DNA of 24,957 nt from Micromonosporaceae bacterium (GTDB taxonomy: Bacteria; Actinomycetota; Actinomycetes; Mycobacteriales; Micromonosporaceae): contig DASRRF010000673.1 in NCBI GenBank assembly GCA_035695905.1, forward strand, positions 1 to 24,957. The letters run 5' to 3'. Position 1 is the first letter of the stretch; every line of letters starts with the position of its first letter. Both the position numbers and the translations under genes were made by a program. The notes under the pieces were generated by a model, which saw only the letters and a list, made by a program, of their open reading frames with translations, was not told the origin of the DNA and ran no database searches. Positions 1 through 6,972 of the stretch are shown here, piece after piece.

Positions 1-1413
1 GGTGGCTCCGACGGCTGCCCGACGTCCGGCGGTGAGAACGAGACGCAGGGCATGACGGCCGTGGTGGACTGGCTCAACGGCCGGGCGGCCGGGTTCGACC
101 CTTCGGGAGCCAGCGCGCAGGCCGGCTGGTCCACCGGCAAGGTCGGCATGATCGGCGTGTCGTACAACGGGACGCTGGCCAACGCGGTCGCGGCGACCGG
201 GGTGGCCGGCCTGGAGACGATCGTTCCGATCGCGTCCATCTCCAGCTGGTACGACTACTACCGGGCCAACGGCGGTGTGGTGGCGCCCGGCACGTTCCAG
301 GGCGAAGACCTGGACATCCTGGCCAAGGCGGTGCTCACCAGGGCCAACCCGGAGGTCTGCGCCGGGGTGATCGCGGCGCTCGAACAGAACCAGGATCGCG
401 AGACCGGCGACTACAGCCAGTTCTGGCACGAGCGCAACTACCTGCGCGGCGTGGACAACGTACGGGCCAGCGTCTTCGTGGTGCACGGGCTCAACGACTG
501 GAACGTCAAGACCATGCACTTTGGACAGTGGTGGGACGCGCTGGCTGCCCGCGGCGTACCGCGGAAGATCTGGCTGCACCAGGCGAACCACCAGGACCCG
601 TTCAACCTGCGGCGTACCGAGTGGCTGTCCACTTTGCACAGATGGTTCGACCAGTGGCTGTACGGCATCGACACCGGCATCATGACCGAGCCGATGGCCG
701 ACATCGAGACCGCGCCGACCCAGTGGCAGACCGCGGCGTCGTGGCCGCTGCCCGGAACCCGTACCGCGCCGATGTTCCTCGGGCCCGCGGCGGACGACCG
801 GCCCGGTACGCTCACCACGACGCCGAGCGGAATCGGCTCCCGACTGTCGTTTGTGGACGATCCGGCGCAGACCGCCGAGCAGCTGGCGGACAGCGAGCTG
901 ACTGCGGACCCGAACCGGCAGGTCTACCTGACCGCACCGCTGGCCACGCCGGTGCGGCTGTCGGGTACCCCGCGGGTCACCGTACGCGCCTCGCTGGACG
1001 GCCGGTCACCGTACCTGACCGCGCTGCTCGTGGACTACGGGACCGACGCCAGGTTCGCCGCGATCCGCCGACTCTCCGATGTGGACTGTATCGGCCCCGG
1101 CATCCCGGGTGACCCGGGTTGCTTCGCGCGCCGGGCGTATGTCACCGCGGTCACCCCGTACCAGATAGTCACCCGCGGCTGGCTCGACGTGCGCAACCGG
1201 GCCAACGCACGGGTGACCCAGCCGATCACGCCGGGCACCACCTACTCGTTCAGCTGGGAGCTGCAGCCCAACGACCACATCGTCGCGGCCGGACACCGGC
1301 TCGGCCTGGTACTCATCTCGACCGATCGCGACTACACCCTGCGGTACCCGGCCGGTACGGTGGTCAGCGTCCAGCTCGGCCTCAGCCACCTCCAGCTACC
1401 CGTGTCCGGGTAG
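1..1413 (+). CDS. pepX: Xaa-Pro dipeptidyl-peptidase (S15 / CocE-NonD family), 5' end outside window
   Basis: Frame is open from base 1 (GGSDGCPTSGGENETQGM...). Nucleophile motif GVSYNG, candidate Asp in GLNDWNV and His in HQANHQDP, C-terminal PepX-like beta domain (VTRGWLD...FSWELQPNDH). Confidence 0.85.
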   Translation, partial: GGSDGCPTSGGENETQGMTAVVDWLNGRAAGFDPSGASAQAGWSTGKVGMIGVSYNGTLANAVAATGVAGLETIVPIASISSWYDYYRANGGVVAPGTFQGEDLDILAKAVLTRANPEVCAGVIAALEQNQDRETGDYSQFWHERNYLRGVDNVRASVFVVHGLNDWNVKTMHFGQWWDALAARGVPRKIWLHQANHQDPFNLRRTEWLSTLHRWFDQWLYGIDTGIMTEPMADIETAPTQWQTAASWPLPGTRTAPMFLGPAADDRPGTLTTTPSGIGSRLSFVDDPAQTAEQLADSELTADPNRQVYLTAPLATPVRLSGTPRVTVRASLDGRSPYLTALLVDYGTDARFAAIRRLSDVDCIGPGIPGDPGCFARRAYVTAVTPYQIVTRGWLDVRNRANARVTQPITPGTTYSFSWELQPNDHIVAAGHRLGLVLISTDRDYTLRYPAGTVVSVQLGLSHLQLPVSG

Positions 1414-1452
1414 CGCTCGACCGGCGCACTGCCACGGTCGGAGCCGCCGACG

Positions 1453-1458
1453 TAGGAT
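1453..1458 (+). promoter_or_regulatory. Candidate sigma-70-type -10 element (TAGGAT) for the lipoprotein gene
   Basis: TAnnnT match 35 nt upstream of GTG 1493; the -35 match is weak. Confidence 0.3.
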
Positions 1459-1492
1459 TCGCGGCGACACCGTGCGTTCGAGGAGGCCGACT

Positions 1493-2086
1493 GTGCGCCG
1501 TACCATCGCAGCGATTGTCATGACCGCGACCATCGCGACGGCCGCCGCGTGCAACGCCGCGGGACCACCCACCCCGCCGAGAGGTCCGGATACCGGAACT
1601 CCGGGCACCGGCGTGCCGACCGCGTGGCCGCTGCCGGCCGATGCCTCCGCCGCGGCGGCCAAGGCCGGCCTGCAGATGCTCGGCGAGGAGAAGCTGACCG
1701 TGCACTACCATGCGCACCTGGACGTCATCGTGCGCGGCAACCGGATCCAGGTGCCCGCGTTCATCGGCATCGACCGGGCCAAGCAGAAGATCACCGCGCT
1801 GCACACCCATGACACCAGCGGGATCGTGCACATCGAGTCCGCCGATGACGTCCCGTTCACCCTCGGCCAGGTCTTCACCGAGTGGGGCCAGCCGCTGTCC
1901 ACCACCCAGCTCGGGCCGGTGACGGCGGCCGCGGGCGAGGTGGTCCGGGTGTACCGCAACGGCAACCAGACCAGCGACATGGGCGCCCTGCGGCTGGCCG
2001 CGCACGACGAGATCGTGGTCTGGCTCGGGCCGTCCGGCTCCATGCCCAACGTGCCGAAGGCCTATGACTTCCCGGCGGGCCTCTAG
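1493..2086 (+). CDS. Uncharacterised lipoprotein with HYHAH and HTHD..G..HIE histidine motifs
   Basis: AGGAGG at 1481-1486, 6 nt before GTG 1493 (preferred over the ORF-track start 1472). Signal peptide VRRTIAAIVMTATIATAAA-C ends in a lipobox-like Cys; Pro/Thr linker then a globular domain. Confidence 0.75.
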   Translation: MRRTIAAIVMTATIATAAACNAAGPPTPPRGPDTGTPGTGVPTAWPLPADASAAAAKAGLQMLGEEKLTVHYHAHLDVIVRGNRIQVPAFIGIDRAKQKITALHTHDTSGIVHIESADDVPFTLGQVFTEWGQPLSTTQLGPVTAAAGEVVRVYRNGNQTSDMGALRLAAHDEIVVWLGPSGSMPNVPKAYDFPAGL

Positions 2087-2622
2087 CGGGTACGCAGCCT
2101 ACAGTCGTGTTCCACCACGTCCGACACGCCGGGGCTGCTCTGGAAGCGGGCAATGACGATCCTGGCCGCGGCGAGATCCCGCACTGTGATCCGGTACGCG
2201 GACGGGAGGGTGTCGGGGTGCACGGAGGCGACCAGGTCGGGCGCGTCCTTGAACATCTCCTTGAAGTTCTCGTACGCCTGGTTCTTGGACTCGTACGCGA
2301 ACTGGATCACCTCCGGCATCCGGGCCAGCCCGGCGCCGCTGCCCTGGATCTGCTCCGGTGTCGCGTCCGGCTGAAAGAAAATGCTGACGTGGCAGCCGAT
2401 CGGCCGGGTGGCCAGGGTGTACTCGGCGGGTCGAAGGTGCCACCCGAGGATGCCGGCCGCGGCGGCGAGCACGACCGCCATTCCACCCGCCACCGCCAAC
2501 AGCATCCGGCGCCGGTGAAACCGGCGCATCCGGCCGGCCAGGTTTGCGTGGATCCGCTGCGGGTCGGGTGCCACGGCCGCGGCGCGGTCCAGCGCGGCCC
2601 GGATCAGGTCATCGATGGTCAT
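2083..2622 (-). CDS. Single-pass membrane protein, putative anti-sigma factor with an FtsX-like extracellular domain
   Basis: ATGA overlap with the upstream ECF gene. N-terminus DDLIRAALD..A, basic RRFHRRR, one TM segment, then VSIFF..ESKNQAYENFKEMFKDAPDLV...LPSAYRITV...PGVSDV, which resembles actinobacterial FtsX ectodomains. Confidence 0.7.
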   Translation of the reverse strand: MTIDDLIRAALDRAAAVAPDPQRIHANLAGRMRRFHRRRMLLAVAGGMAVVLAAAAGILGWHLRPAEYTLATRPIGCHVSIFFQPDATPEQIQGSGAGLARMPEVIQFAYESKNQAYENFKEMFKDAPDLVASVHPDTLPSAYRITVRDLAAARIVIARFQSSPGVSDVVEHDCRLRTR

Positions 2623-3131
2623 CCCCGCTCCTCGGGTACGGACGCGGTGGGCGTCAGGGCCATCGCGGCGCGCAGCGCGTTGAGCGCCCGCGCGCAGTGG
2701 CTACGTACGGTGGCCGGGGCACAGCCGAGCAGGTCGGCGATCTCCGGGTCGGACAGCCCGTCGTAGTAGCGCAACGCTATTGCGGCGCGCTGTTTCGGTG
2801 GCAGCGCGGCGATCCTGCGCAGCATCTCGTCCCGTTGGTCGAACTCTCCGGTCCGATCCGCGGCCGGCTCGGCACTGGCGTCGAGCGCGGCGTGGCCGAG
2901 CGGGATGACCCGCGCCGACCGGCGCCGCCGCCAGGACAGGAACTCGTTGAGCACCATGCGTTTGAGGTACGCCTCGGGTTGGTCGAGCTTGGCCACCTTG
3001 GTCCACCGGGACTGGGCCCGTACGAGTACCTCCTGCACGATGTCCTCGGCCAGGTACGGGTCGCAGGTGACCACTGAGGCGTACCGCACCAGCGCGCCGA
3101 GCCGGTGCCCGACGTACTCGTCGAACGTCAT
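2619..3131 (-). CDS. ECF RNA polymerase sigma factor (SigE family)
   Basis: FDEYV..LVRYA..AEDIVQEVL (region 2) and LPPKQRAAIALRYYDGLSDPEIADLLGCAPATVRSHCARAL (region 4). GAGGAGG precedes ATG 3131. Confidence 0.92.
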   Translation of the reverse strand: MTFDEYVGHRLGALVRYASVVTCDPYLAEDIVQEVLVRAQSRWTKVAKLDQPEAYLKRMVLNEFLSWRRRRSARVIPLGHAALDASAEPAADRTGEFDQRDEMLRRIAALPPKQRAAIALRYYDGLSDPEIADLLGCAPATVRSHCARALNALRAAMALTPTASVPEERG

Positions 3132-3173
3132 GTGGCCTCCTCGCACTGTTGCTCCTACAACGCGGCCGGCCGG

Positions 3174-4226
3174 TCAGATTGTGGAGTCCTGGCGCAGCAG
3201 CCACGCGATGGCGAGCGGGTAGCGGTACTCGATCATCGCGTGGGTGGCGTCGAACAGCTCGAAGTGGATCCGCTCGCCGGGTACCCCGGCGGCGCGTATG
3301 GCCTGGTGGAACGCTGCCGCCCCGAGGTCGAGGTGGTAGTCGTCGCGGTTGCCCGCGTCGATCCAGATCGCCCGCATCGAGCGCAGCGCCTCCGCGTACC
3401 GCGGCTCGGCGGCCATCCGCACCGGATCGCGGGCCAGCCAGCGCTGCCACACCTCGGGGATGATCCGGCCGGTCTCGTCGAACGGGATAAGCACGGTGCC
3501 GTCCGGCTCGGCGGAGTACGCGGCAGCGTAGGCGTACACCTCCAGCAGCTTGGCGTCGCTGTCCCGGGTACCGAAGATGCGGGAGCGCAGGTCGGCGAAG
3601 AACTTGTCGTACGAACCGTCGTAGCGGTCGCGCAGCAGCCGGGCCGCGGCGGCGAACATCGGTGGGGCGACGATCTCGAAGAGCGAGTCTCCGGCGTGCG
3701 TGGCGAACGCGCCGAACACATCCGGCCGCAGCATCGCGTTGATCATCGCGCCGTACCCGCCGCTGGACTTGCCGGTGATCGCCCGGTGGTCGCGGTCGGC
3801 GATGGTCCGGTACCGTTCGTCCACAAAGGACACGACATCCTGGCAGAGGTACGAGTGATAGTCTCCGGTACCCGGTGAGTCAAGGTACTGGCTGCCGCCG
3901 AGAGCGGTCCACGCGTCAACGTAGACGACAATCGCCGGCGGCGCGCCGTCGTCCGCCGCTTCACCGGCGGCGAACATCTGGTCGAGCAGCTCGGGGAACG
4001 GCTGGCGGAACGGCGTACGGTTGCGCCAGGTCGCCACGTGGCCGGTGTAGCCCTGGATCACGTACACGGCCGGGTAGCGCCGGCCGGGCTCGCTGTCGTA
4101 CCCCGGCGGCACGTATATCCACAGTGGACGCTCATGCGGGTCGCCGAGCGGGTTGCCGCGCAGGTGCCCGCTGACGATCACGTGTTCATCGAGCCGGCCG
4201 GCGAGATCGGTGGACCAGGGCAGCAT
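3174..4226 (-). CDS. Alpha/beta-hydrolase esterase (enterochelin-esterase-like)
   Basis: GNPLGDP, IYVPPGY, GKSSGG nucleophile elbow, candidate Asp (DAGNRDD) and His (DATH). TGATG coupling with dppA and GGAGG RBS. The 609-aa ORF-track entry is an upstream frame extension. Confidence 0.85.
   Translation of the reverse strand: MLPWSTDLAGRLDEHVIVSGHLRGNPLGDPHERPLWIYVPPGYDSEPGRRYPAVYVIQGYTGHVATWRNRTPFRQPFPELLDQMFAAGEAADDGAPPAIVVYVDAWTALGGSQYLDSPGTGDYHSYLCQDVVSFVDERYRTIADRDHRAITGKSSGGYGAMINAMLRPDVFGAFATHAGDSLFEIVAPPMFAAAARLLRDRYDGSYDKFFADLRSRIFGTRDSDAKLLEVYAYAAAYSAEPDGTVLIPFDETGRIIPEVWQRWLARDPVRMAAEPRYAEALRSMRAIWIDAGNRDDYHLDLGAAAFHQAIRAAGVPGERIHFELFDATHAMIEYRYPLAIAWLLRQDSTI
4117..4129. repeat. Dispersed palindrome, 1-mismatch copy
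   Basis: ATCCACAGTGGAC inside the esterase gene. Confidence 0.75.
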
Positions 4227-5053
4227 CAGTACGCCTCCGCGAGTGATCGGGTCAGGTAGACCAATGTAACGAACGCCGGGAACAGCCGCAGCGGCGCGTC
4301 GTCGCTCAACCGAACGGCCCGGCCGCCGGTGCGCTCGACGCCGCGCAGCCAGGTGGCCTGCTCCGCCATGTCCGGGCTGGCCAGGTCGATGTCGATGGTG
4401 ATGGGCAGCGCGAACTCGGGTGGGCTCAGCCGGTCTAGAGTAGACAGTGCACTGTGGACGCCGCCGCGGATCAGGTCCCGGGCGACGGTCGGGTGCAGGT
4501 GTTGTGCCGCGTACCGGCTGATGGACTCCTTGACCGCGATCTGCGTGATGCCAGGACAGAACCTGGCCGCCTCCGGCCCGACATGCTGGTCGCCGGTGAT
4601 GGCCGCGACCGGGACCCGGAAATGTGCGGCGACCAGCGCGTTCAGGCCGGACTCGCCGGCTTCCTGACCGTTGATCCGCACGTTGGTGACGGCCCGGGGG
4701 TTGTAGGTATGCGACAGCGCGCCCGGGGTAGCGATCGCGGCGTGGTAGCCGAGGAACACGATCGCGTCGTACGACGAGTCCAGCCCCTGCATCATGTAGA
4801 GCGGCTTGAACTTGCCGGACAGGTACGACGCCTGCGCATCCAACGCCTCCGGTGGCAGGTTGCGCATCACCGAGTGCGCGTCGTTCACGCAGATCTCGGT
4901 GAAGCCGGCGGCGTGCGCGCCCGCGATCGCGGCGTTCACCTCGCCGAGCAGCAGCGCGCGCCCGTGCGCGTAGTCGTCCCCGCCGGCCAGGCACTGCTCC
5001 CACGCCACGATGCCGGCGACACCCTCCATGTCCACCGAGATGAATACCTTCAT
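4226..5053 (-). CDS. dppA: M55-family D-aminopeptidase (DppA-like)
   Basis: N-terminus MKVFISVDMEGVAG (DxE metal ligands), NDAH, GYHA, HTY and ESGLN motifs. Confidence 0.92.
   Translation of the reverse strand: MKVFISVDMEGVAGIVAWEQCLAGGDDYAHGRALLLGEVNAAIAGAHAAGFTEICVNDAHSVMRNLPPEALDAQASYLSGKFKPLYMMQGLDSSYDAIVFLGYHAAIATPGALSHTYNPRAVTNVRINGQEAGESGLNALVAAHFRVPVAAITGDQHVGPEAARFCPGITQIAVKESISRYAAQHLHPTVARDLIRGGVHSALSTLDRLSPPEFALPITIDIDLASPDMAEQATWLRGVERTGGRAVRLSDDAPLRLFPAFVTLVYLTRSLAEAY
4447..4459. repeat. Dispersed palindrome, 1-mismatch copy
   Basis: GTGCACTGTGGAC inside dppA, preceded by a degenerate copy at 4433-4445. Confidence 0.75.
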
Positions 5054-5059
5054 CCCCGC

Positions 5060-5065
5060 AGCGTA
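5060..5065 (-). promoter_or_regulatory. -10 element TACGCT positioned for a leaderless dppA transcript
   Basis: TAnnnT hexamer 6 nt upstream of ATG 5053; no SD-like sequence in the 16-nt gap. Confidence 0.5.
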
Positions 5066-5069
5066 TTGG

Positions 5070-6173
5070 TTAACCGCTCACCAGCGTGGCCGGGCCGCCG
5101 AGAAACCGGCCGATGTCGGTCACCTCGGCAGCGAGCCGGCCGTTGGTTCCGCGGGGGAGCGCGGTGAACGGCTCGACCCGCACCCGCAGCGAGCCGGCCT
5201 TGCGGTCCACCCGCCAGGTACCGGCGACCCGGCCGTCGACCAGCACCGCCGGCGTGATGATGCCGCCGCCGGCCTGGATCCTTTTCGCGTATGCCGGATC
5301 CAGGGTGAAGTCCCGGCTGCCGAACCCGAGCAGGTACTCGTCGAACTGGCCGAGCAGGCGGACCACAGGCTCGGCCGGCGCGTCAGGGTCCACAGTGGAC
5401 GGTAGGTAGGCCGGCTCGCCGGCCACGCTCACCTCGGTGTGGTCCGCGGCGACCAGCCCGAACCCGGTACGCGCGCGGCCGATCGGCAGACCGGACCACG
5501 CGGCGAAGTCCCGGGCGGTCGCCGGCCCGTGCCCGGCGAGGTACCGGCCGGCCAGCTCGGCGACCGCGGTGTCCGGGTCGAGCACCGGGCCGGCCGGGGT
5601 ACCCAGCCACTCGTCCAGCAGTACGTAGCTGGGGCCGGGCAGCTCCGGTCCGCGGCAGATCAGCCCGCGCATCGCCGCGTACCCGAACAGGTGGGCCGGT
5701 GCCTGGGTCGCGGGGTCGATCCGTACGCCCTGCTCGGCGATCCGCGCAACGAGCTCGGCGCGGGCCAGCGGCGGCGAGCCGGCGAGCACCGTGGCGATCG
5801 CCGCGAGCCCGCGCTCGCACACCTCATCGGTGAGGTGCAGCTCCTGGCGGCGCCGCCGGCCGGCGGCCGCGAAGATCGGCCCGAGCAGCGCCACCATCCA
5901 GCGCACGTCCGCCGCGGCCAGCATGTGCAGCGTGCCGCGCATCGCCCAGGTACGCACCACGGCCCGATCGTCGTTGATCGCCCGGCTCACGTCGTCCGCG
6001 GTGAGCCCGGCGGTCCGCGCCCGTACCGCGAGCCGGGCGGCCGCGATCGACTGCGCCTGCACCGCACCGACCCGAGCCACCGCGTCCGGCACCCGTACCG
6101 GCCGCGGACCGCACAGCAGCTGCGCCCGCATCCGCAGGGTGCGTACCCGGTCGACGGCGAGGTCGCGGCTCAT
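5070..6173 (-). CDS. AlkZ/YcaQ-family (HTH_42) winged-helix DNA glycosylase-like protein
   Basis: VGAVQAQ (QxQ catalytic motif), RTWAMRGTLH, YLAGHGPAT..DFAAWSGL, LLGQFDEYLLG, VLVDGRVAGTW. Start ATG 6173 preferred; GTG 6215 is the alternative. Confidence 0.85.
   Translation of the reverse strand: MSRDLAVDRVRTLRMRAQLLCGPRPVRVPDAVARVGAVQAQSIAAARLAVRARTAGLTADDVSRAINDDRAVVRTWAMRGTLHMLAAADVRWMVALLGPIFAAAGRRRRQELHLTDEVCERGLAAIATVLAGSPPLARAELVARIAEQGVRIDPATQAPAHLFGYAAMRGLICRGPELPGPSYVLLDEWLGTPAGPVLDPDTAVAELAGRYLAGHGPATARDFAAWSGLPIGRARTGFGLVAADHTEVSVAGEPAYLPSTVDPDAPAEPVVRLLGQFDEYLLGFGSRDFTLDPAYAKRIQAGGGIITPAVLVDGRVAGTWRVDRKAGSLRVRVEPFTALPRGTNGRLAAEVTDIGRFLGGPATLVSG
5388..5400. repeat. Dispersed palindrome GTCCACWGTGGAC, exact copy
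   Basis: GTCCACAGTGGAC inside the AlkZ-family gene. Confidence 0.85.
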
Positions 6174-6180
6174 GCGGATG

Positions 6181-6186
6181 AGTCTG
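6181..6186 (-). promoter_or_regulatory. Candidate -10 (CAGACT) for a leaderless AlkZ-family transcript
   Basis: CAnnnT variant 7 nt upstream of ATG 6173; no SD visible. Confidence 0.3.
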
Positions 6187-6247
6187 CGGCGAAGTTGCCG
6201 GATGTGGGCGAGCACACGCCGGGCCTAGCGCCCCGGCGCGGTGACAT

Positions 6248-6952
6248 TCACTGCGGGCCGGCGGCGCGTACCGTCAACGTGGTCCACGCGCCGAGATAGA
6301 TGGTGTCGCCGTCGCCGACCGGGATCGGCACGTGCGACTCGATCGGCTCGGTGGCCGGGTCGTTGACGTATGTTCCGTTGGCCGAGTCCAGGTCGACCAC
6401 CGCCCAGGAGTGGTCGGGCTGGGCCAGCAGCAGCGCATGCAACCGGGAGACGCCGGGGTCCTCGGGTGGGCCGACGAGATCGATGTCCGGGTAGATCCCC
6501 CGGGACCGGCTCTGCCGGCCGATCGTCACCCGCTCGCCGCTGAGCGGGAAGCGGCGCTCCGGAACGAATCTGGGGTACGCGAGCAGCTCGGCATCGGCGC
6601 CGCCCTGGGCCCGGATGATGTCGAAGTACGCCCGATCGGCGCCCACCACGATCTGCCATCCTGTGTTCGTCGGGGTCGTGGATGGCGCCGGCGGGGCGGC
6701 CGGGGCTCCACCCAGCGACGCGGCGACGAAGTCGTACCCGTCCTGCTCGCAGAATCGACCGGTACGCGGCATGCCGCACTGCGGGCACGGCGTCTGCTCG
6801 GCCACCGGTTCGCCGGCTCCGGTCGGTGCGGGCGGGGCGGCGGGCGAGCCGGTAGCAGGGGCGGCGGGCGGCGGTGTGCCGTCCATCCGGGCACCGCAGA
6901 CGTCGCAGTAGTCACCGGTCGCTGAGTCGTGGCCCTTGGGACACGTGGCCAT
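6248..6952 (-). CDS. FHA-domain protein with two N-terminal Zn-ribbons
   Basis: CPKGH..YCDVCG and CPQCG..FCEQDG; FHA signature IGR...VSRLHA...DLDSANGT. AAGGAG RBS. Confidence 0.9.
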   Translation of the reverse strand: MATCPKGHDSATGDYCDVCGARMDGTPPPAAPATGSPAAPPAPTGAGEPVAEQTPCPQCGMPRTGRFCEQDGYDFVAASLGGAPAAPPAPSTTPTNTGWQIVVGADRAYFDIIRAQGGADAELLAYPRFVPERRFPLSGERVTIGRQSRSRGIYPDIDLVGPPEDPGVSRLHALLLAQPDHSWAVVDLDSANGTYVNDPATEPIESHVPIPVGDGDTIYLGAWTTLTVRAAGPQ

Positions 6953-6972
6953 GGCCGACTCTCCTTCGTTCG

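Noticed and set aside
1418-1440. Hairpin CGACCG...CGGTCG after pepX as an intrinsic terminator
   Set aside because: A 6-bp stem with an 11-nt loop and no U-tract is expected by chance at this GC content.
2083-2622. Calling this gene ftsX (cell-division permease)
   Set aside because: It has only one TM segment, 179 aa, no adjacent ftsE, and is coupled to an ECF sigma.
3132-3200. ECF autoregulatory promoter upstream of the sigma gene (CGTT -10-like)
   Set aside because: No AAC-type -35 at the expected spacing.
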